Made by a program: the position numbers and the translations under genes. A stretch of 30,437 nucleotides of DNA, taken from positions 1 to 30,437 of IMG/VR virus record IMGVR_UViG_3300020045_002023. One strand, written 5' to 3'. Origin of the DNA: a virus. Lineage: Duplodnaviria > Caudoviricetes. Positions 25,351 through 30,437 of the stretch are shown here, piece after piece (within the stretch, counting starts at the first letter, position 1; each line of letters starts with the position of its first letter). The notes under the pieces were generated by a model that searched no databases, had not been told where the DNA came from, and saw only the letters and a program-made list of their open reading frames with translations.

Positions 25351-27530
25351 TGGCTAAATATTCATTTGTTGACGTAGCGCCAAAGGCTTCCCGGTTTTCG
25401 TTTGTTGATGATGAAGCCAAAACGCCGGATTCACAGCCATTCATGGAGCGCGTTACCGGCGCATTCAAGATGGGCATGGAAGCATCCACGAACTACATCC
25501 GCAATGCGGAGCGGTTTCTTGCTGGCACCGAGGAAGATGATGACGCCATTGCTTCATCCATCGTTGCGGATATGGCAGAGCGCCAGCAATTCGGCAAGAC
25601 GGCTGGACAGAAGAAACTCGACGATGCCATGCAGGAACTTAACAAGGTTAAGCGCGGGCAATCGTTTGTTGATGATGTGGGCGAGTTTGTAGACAAGACG
25701 CCTGACATGCCCTTTATGCCCGGAGTTAAGACGGGCGCAAAGGCGGCGGTAGAGTTTGCCAGATCATTGCCCGAAATATGGGACGTGGTTAAAACCGCCG
25801 GAGAGAACCCGCTTGATACGGTTGTTTCCAGTGCCGAGTCTGCTGCTAATTCCTTGTTTGCCCTTGGTGGCGGTACGGCTGGCGGCGCTGCGGGTGCTGC
25901 TATTGGCGGAACTGCTGGCCTGCTAACCACCAAGTCGGCGGCTGGCGCGGCGGCTGGTGCAAAAGTGGGCGCGAAGGTTGGCGGCCAAGCGGGTATGTTT
26001 GGCACATCGGCAGCCATTGAGTTTGGCGCGTCCTTGCAAGAAGAAGTCATTGACGAACTGGAAAGGCGCGGCACGGCTCCAACCACCGAGAATATCAAGG
26101 CACTACTGAAAGAGCCTGAATTCAGAACGGAAGCCCTGAAGGTTGCAGCAGCCAAAGGCGTAGTGACTCCGGCAACAGACTTGGCCATGTTTAGGCTGTC
26201 TGGTGGCCTTGGCGCCGTGCCTGGGGTTAAAGGCAAGCTGGCGGCTCTTGCGTCAGAAGCCATCTCAGAACCGCTATCAGAAGGCACAGGACAGGCCGCA
26301 CAAGTCGCCGTATCAAGTGATCCTAACAGGCAGATTGATAGGTCAGAGCTGGCCGCTGAAGCCATCTATGCGCTTCCCACGTCTGCCGGTAGCGCAGCCG
26401 CAGCAACATTGTTTGAAAAGGTGGTTGGCGACAAGAAAACCGCGCGGCCAGACACTCCAACAGCCAAGCAATTCCAAGACGCCGAGGCGCAACTCAATTC
26501 CCTTGATCAGCAATACCAGGAAGCCACTGCAACCGGCGACACTGAGCTTGCCGACGCACTAAAGGCCCGCTTCGACACCCTAAAAACCCAATACGAAACC
26601 TTCCGCAAAGCCAAAGACCCGAATTATGTCGGCACCCTGAATCCGAAACAGGCAATTGACGAGGCCGGGGATCAGGCGCTTGCCGCTGGCGGTGATCGGC
26701 TGGACGCTGAAATTGCCAAGTCACACACAGCGATTGACGTTATTCCTGCCGCCAGAACGGCGCAAGACCTTGGCGTTACCTTTCCTGACCCGCAGAGCTA
26801 TGCCGTTGAAGGACTGAAAGCAGGGCAAGTCCCCGATCAACGCCATTCCGCCAGCATGGAAGGCATAGACGGCCTGATTATCGCCGCTCGCCGCATGGGA
26901 TTTGCCGACGAAGAAGCGAAGCTGGCCACGGCCAAAAGGCTGTTTACCCAATACAAGGATGCGCTTGATTCTGGCCAAGGCGAGATGGCGGATCGCTATC
27001 TACAGCAGGGCAACAAGCTGTACCGGGATGCCACTGGCGACAATGGCCCGCTTGCGCCTGTCCGTTCGCAATTCCCCGTCCCGTATGTGTTCCAGGGCGA
27101 AGTCTCTGGATCAACCAATATCGTCCCGTCTACTCGTCCCAATTTCACCACGTCCGATGCCGTTGATGTTGATGGCATGGCATGGGAACCTACCCGGCAG
27201 AACCGCCTTGAAAACCAATCACAGGGCAAGCTGACAACCGATGGCACTATCTACGGACAGCCGCCTGCCCGCGAATTCACGCCACCACCCACCACCTATG
27301 AAGGCGTAGGCCGCAACGCTGTAGATCGCACCGCAGCCCGTCCTGTTGGCATTGAAGCGCAGCCCGGTGTCCAGGGCCGATCAATATCAACCCGCGATCT
27401 GATGCAGCCTGCAACCCTGTGGACAGGCGGAATGCCAGAAGGCTACAAGACCGAGAACGGCGCAAAACTGGCCCGCCTGCTCAAGCGGTGCCCGGACGCC
27501 AGAAAGGGCTTTGTCCATGGCGGATTTTAG
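25350..27530 (+). CDS. Large internal virion/ejection protein, probably truncated at a junction near 27470
   Basis: TAATG coupling and a Gly/Ala-rich membrane-like segment. The C-terminus collides with an opposite-strand ORF (144-bp overlap). Confidence 0.7.
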   Translation: MAKYSFVDVAPKASRFSFVDDEAKTPDSQPFMERVTGAFKMGMEASTNYIRNAERFLAGTEEDDDAIASSIVADMAERQQFGKTAGQKKLDDAMQELNKVKRGQSFVDDVGEFVDKTPDMPFMPGVKTGAKAAVEFARSLPEIWDVVKTAGENPLDTVVSSAESAANSLFALGGGTAGGAAGAAIGGTAGLLTTKSAAGAAAGAKVGAKVGGQAGMFGTSAAIEFGASLQEEVIDELERRGTAPTTENIKALLKEPEFRTEALKVAAAKGVVTPATDLAMFRLSGGLGAVPGVKGKLAALASEAISEPLSEGTGQAAQVAVSSDPNRQIDRSELAAEAIYALPTSAGSAAAATLFEKVVGDKKTARPDTPTAKQFQDAEAQLNSLDQQYQEATATGDTELADALKARFDTLKTQYETFRKAKDPNYVGTLNPKQAIDEAGDQALAAGGDRLDAEIAKSHTAIDVIPAARTAQDLGVTFPDPQSYAVEGLKAGQVPDQRHSASMEGIDGLIIAARRMGFADEEAKLATAKRLFTQYKDALDSGQGEMADRYLQQGNKLYRDATGDNGPLAPVRSQFPVPYVFQGEVSGSTNIVPSTRPNFTTSDAVDVDGMAWEPTRQNRLENQSQGKLTTDGTIYGQPPAREFTPPPTTYEGVGRNAVDRTAARPVGIEAQPGVQGRSISTRDLMQPATLWTGGMPEGYKTENGAKLARLLKRCPDARKGFVHGGF

Positions 27531-28490
27531 GGATTGCGGGGTATGGGTGTTGGTGGGCTTGGCTGAAACGGACGGCTTTGCCTGCGAAGCTCGGTACTTG
27601 ACAAGATCGCGATCTGAGTATATCTTTTTGCCATACCCCTGTCTGAAGTCGTTGACCCTGGGCAATTGGAGCCCAGAAGTGCGACCGAAGGCAGGGGTTC
27701 TTTTTTCATCCCCATACAGAAACAAGCCATCCTTTGCCCATCTCATGTAAGGTTTTTTCTGGTTTGCATCGTAAGCATTTACCAGCAGATGGGCATCCAT
27801 GCCACCAACGTCGGCGTTAGGCTCTAGTACCATCAGGATAGGCGCACCATTAACCGTTTCAGGCGATACCAGCACAAGCCTGCCCTCAACCGTGTCTGAC
27901 TCAAAAACCGCAACAGGGTTCTCAAGCCATTCAGGGATTTGCTTCCAATGCTCCGCTTTCAGCTTGTGGTTGATTCTGCTGGCTTTGACTTTTGATTCGG
28001 CGACATGGACAGGCTGATCGCCATATCCCAACATATCAAGAACGTCTGACTTGTCGAGAACGCGAACGCCTATCCGCTCTGAAGGCTGGCCGCTATACAG
28101 ACCATCTATTCTGGATTCATAACTGGCCTGTGTTGACGGGCTGCGAGAGAAAAGCCCATCCTGCTTACCCTGCAACTTCCCAGTATCGCCCTGATCCTGA
28201 TTATCCAGCCCGAAGTAATCCCGCTCACGATCCGCTTGGGCTTTGGTGTCGGGCTTGGCTTTCTTCTCGGCTTTCTCTCTTGCTTGGCGGTCGGTTTCGG
28301 TTTCTTGGTCTAGCGCAAACCCGCCCAACATCCCCTCAACTTTGGTAATCTGCTCATCTACTGCCTGAATGGAAGCGGCATTTCTCGATACTCCTTCATC
28401 CCGCAACGCTTTGGCCCGTGAAATAATGGCGTCTTTATCTTCTTCATCAAGGGAAGAACCGGCTTTCTTCAAGCACGTTGTTAATGACAT
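27387..28490 (-). CDS. N-terminal part of a large polyvalent-type virion protein with a MuF-C-like (BECR-type) domain, probably truncated
   Basis: Motifs L..LG..D.PV......V......H.L......QIPE.LENPVAVF.S.T....LV.........P....LEP.........L..AY resemble MuF-C-type domains. GGAG RBS and overlap with the upstream minus-strand gene. Confidence 0.65.
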   Translation of the reverse strand: MSLTTCLKKAGSSLDEEDKDAIISRAKALRDEGVSRNAASIQAVDEQITKVEGMLGGFALDQETETDRQAREKAEKKAKPDTKAQADRERDYFGLDNQDQGDTGKLQGKQDGLFSRSPSTQASYESRIDGLYSGQPSERIGVRVLDKSDVLDMLGYGDQPVHVAESKVKASRINHKLKAEHWKQIPEWLENPVAVFESDTVEGRLVLVSPETVNGAPILMVLEPNADVGGMDAHLLVNAYDANQKKPYMRWAKDGLFLYGDEKRTPAFGRTSGLQLPRVNDFRQGYGKKIYSDRDLVKYRASQAKPSVSAKPTNTHTPQSLKSAMDKALSGVRAPLEQAGQFCAVLGLVAFWHSACPQGCRLHQIAG

Positions 28491-29050
28491 TCGTCTAAGG
28501 CTCCACTGAATATAACAGCCAATATTGCATTTAAGGTGTCAGTATCTTCTTCGTCTAAAATACGGCGGGCATCTCTGAAACTTTGCTCTGCTTTGTTTTT
28601 CTTCTTTGCGGATAGTCTTGTTGTCCATTCTTCGCCACCGCCGCCAGCGGTATCCTCAACCACAACAGCGCCAACCGTCAGGGCAACAGTACCACTCACC
28701 TGATCCTGCGCCGAATCAACACCCACAAGGCTGTAATTCTGCGCTAGCGCGGCAGTATCGCTGGCTTGGGCCTGTGCGCTATCGGTACTAGCCAGCGCGT
28801 TAGACGCCGTTGCGGTTGCCGTATCACTTGTTTGTGATTGCGTAGAATCGACAACAGCAAGAACGCTGTTCTCGGTTAGAGAAGCGGTGTCACTGGCCTG
28901 TGATTGAGAGGAATCCGTAACGCTGACGGCATAGTGCTGCGTCAGTGCTGCCGTGTCGCTTGTCTGGGGCTGCTGGCTATCCGTTGAGACTAATGGCCCG
29001 CCACCGGAGAGCAGCGGCGCTCCCACTAATGGCGGGAATAGCCAGCTCAT
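28481..29050 (-). CDS. Protein with ~5 copies of a 22-aa DSxQxQxSDTxxL repeat
   Basis: Repeats read directly from the translation. GAGGT RBS. Confidence 0.75.
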   Translation of the reverse strand: MSWLFPPLVGAPLLSGGGPLVSTDSQQPQTSDTAALTQHYAVSVTDSSQSQASDTASLTENSVLAVVDSTQSQTSDTATATASNALASTDSAQAQASDTAALAQNYSLVGVDSAQDQVSGTVALTVGAVVVEDTAGGGGEEWTTRLSAKKKNKAEQSFRDARRILDEEDTDTLNAILAVIFSGALDECH

Positions 29051-29053
29051 TGA

Positions 29054-29392
29054 TTAGACCTCTGAGGCAGGGTCTGGTATACCTGATGCGTCCCTCTCGG
29101 CGGCACAGGCAAGGTACAAGCTGTGAAGAAAAACATAGACTTGCCCGTGTGTAGCCGTTTGGCCGGTAGGAAGATCAGTAGCAGGATCAACAATCTCAAA
29201 GGTTGCAGATGGGTCAATGAACTCTTTTGATATGCTGCCTACAGGCGCATTGATTCTCCTACCATCCGACAGGTCAGTCAAATCCTCCTCGTGGAACACA
29301 ATTGTCTTGTTTCCAACAGCAGGGTTCCGCGCCTCAACTTTATAAGCCCGACGCCGCTTCTCACCTGTAACACTCTCACTCATGTAGCTCAC
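29054..29392 (-). CDS. Hypothetical protein, possible fibre-assembly protein
   Basis: GTG start in a GTGA overlap with the upstream stop. DP.T..PTG.T.T...VYV.LHSLYL..A..RD motif. Confidence 0.65.
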   Translation of the reverse strand: MSYMSESVTGEKRRRAYKVEARNPAVGNKTIVFHEEDLTDLSDGRRINAPVGSISKEFIDPSATFEIVDPATDLPTGQTATHGQVYVFLHSLYLACAAERDASGIPDPASEV

Positions 29393-29724
29393 GATACTGT
29401 CCTCAATGACCAACCGATAGATCGGTCGGTTCCTGCTATTTTATCCACGGACACTTCCCATCCTTCACCAACAATCAGTGATGGCGTGACCAGTGGCCCA
29501 GCCTGCACGCCAGCGACAGTGCATTGAAACGTCACCCGCTCCACGGCATTGATTTTCTCATAGACTTTCACGAGATATTCTTCGGCTGCTGTCAGAGCGG
29601 CGAAATCAATCCAACACTGCATCATGCAGTCAGCAGTCTGCGAAGTCTTTGCTGTTGAGACAGATGCCAAGAAGTACTCGGTGGTTCCGATGGTGGCGCT
29701 GCCTGTTGTGATCGTAATTGCCAT
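29389..29724 (-). CDS. Small beta-rich virion accessory-like protein
   Basis: 111 aa, with TAATG and GTGA coupling. Confidence 0.65.
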   Translation of the reverse strand: MAITITTGSATIGTTEYFLASVSTAKTSQTADCMMQCWIDFAALTAAEEYLVKVYEKINAVERVTFQCTVAGVQAGPLVTPSLIVGEGWEVSVDKIAGTDRSIGWSLRTVS

Positions 29725-30437
29725 TATGCTGCTACTCCATAGGCTGCGACTTGTAAGGCGGTGTCAAGCGCACCACTGCACTGCGCTCTTGCGTAAATGG
29801 TTGATCCGGATGGGACACGACAGTAGCCTGGGGATATTGGCTGCTTTACAGCATAGCCACCAGAGGAGGTGAAAAACTCCTGCTCAAAGAACGGAACTAC
29901 ATCAGTGCCATCACCATACCCAAGCTCTATAAAATATGAGTGGTTTGGCATAGATGCATCTCCACTGGCTAACTGTGCCCCCATCTCCCAGTAGAAGCAC
30001 TCTCTAGTCGTTGTTCCGAGACTGGTCCACGCACCTTCACTTGTCGTGCCGGGAGTGATGACAGTGCCCACACTTCCTGATGTAATTCCAATGGTTTCTA
30101 CGGCTGTTCCGACAGAGCACATTGCAGGATTAGCCGGGGCGCAATAGGCTATCCAGTGTATTCGCGGGGTCGCACTTGCACTGGAAGATGAGATAGTCCT
30201 GAAACCTATAGTCGCTCCAGCAGGAATGAAGATGGGAAGATAGAATCCAGTTACAATATCCGCCCGATAATGAGGCATGTGCCCCCACAACGCCCTATCT
30301 ACAATAGTGGTGAAGGACGTACCGCCCGCAACATCAATACCAAGATCCGACGCTACTGTGGTGCTGGTTGTGTTTAATGCCCCCGCTGAGCCTGAGAAGT
30401 AAATCCCATAACAGTCATGTGTTAATGCTGAGCCTAC
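29724..30437 (-). CDS. Beta-rich virion accessory-like protein with an internal domain duplication (5' partial)
   Basis: The frame is open to the window end (VGSALTHDCYGIYF...). Two similar halves end LPIFIPAGATIGFR and YCRVPSGSTIYAR. Confidence 0.7.
   Translation of the reverse strand, partial: VGSALTHDCYGIYFSGSAGALNTTSTTVASDLGIDVAGGTSFTTIVDRALWGHMPHYRADIVTGFYLPIFIPAGATIGFRTISSSSASATPRIHWIAYCAPANPAMCSVGTAVETIGITSGSVGTVITPGTTSEGAWTSLGTTTRECFYWEMGAQLASGDASMPNHSYFIELGYGDGTDVVPFFEQEFFTSSGGYAVKQPISPGYCRVPSGSTIYARAQCSGALDTALQVAAYGVAA

Larger units (their letters stand above)
1..30437. mobile_element. Tailed phage/prophage late region (podovirus-like morphogenesis module with lambdoid Q-type late control)
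   Basis: Gene order is Q-like, lysis, TerS, TerL, portal, scaffold, capsid, adaptor, nozzle, fibre, ejection proteins. No tape-measure, tube or sheath gene and no host housekeeping genes. Confidence 0.95.

Overview
The window is the late region of a tailed dsDNA phage or prophage, podovirus-like and probably infecting a Gram-negative Proteobacterium. Family assignments come from motif recognition and gene order, not from database searches. On the + strand the order is: tail of a DUF1364-like gene, Q-like antiterminator, a pR'-like sigma70 promoter with pause element and tandem terminators, a RepL-like wHTH gene, a lysis cassette (holin-like, GH108 endolysin, membrane protein with an overlapping lipoprotein), accessory fibre/decoration-like genes, TerS, TerL, portal, scaffold, N4-gp56-like capsid, adaptor, nozzle, tail fibre, and ejection proteins including a GNAT. 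Near 27.47 kb the coding strand switches abruptly to a minus-strand block of virion-type genes and a polyvalent protein with a MuF-C-like domain. Most notable: (i) a reverse-oriented moron in the lysis region with acr-aca-like architecture (own promoter, palindrome in the spacer, small acidic protein, tiny HTH); (ii) a recurring RNA hairpin with a YA/C internal loop at four late-gene starts; (iii) a gene cassette flanked by direct repeats just upstream of terS; (iv) two fold-back junctions (bases 1-114 are an exact inverted copy of 2748-2861, plus the 27.47 kb switch) that look like amplification or assembly chimeras. No tRNA, rRNA, CRISPR array, integrase or recombinase was seen.
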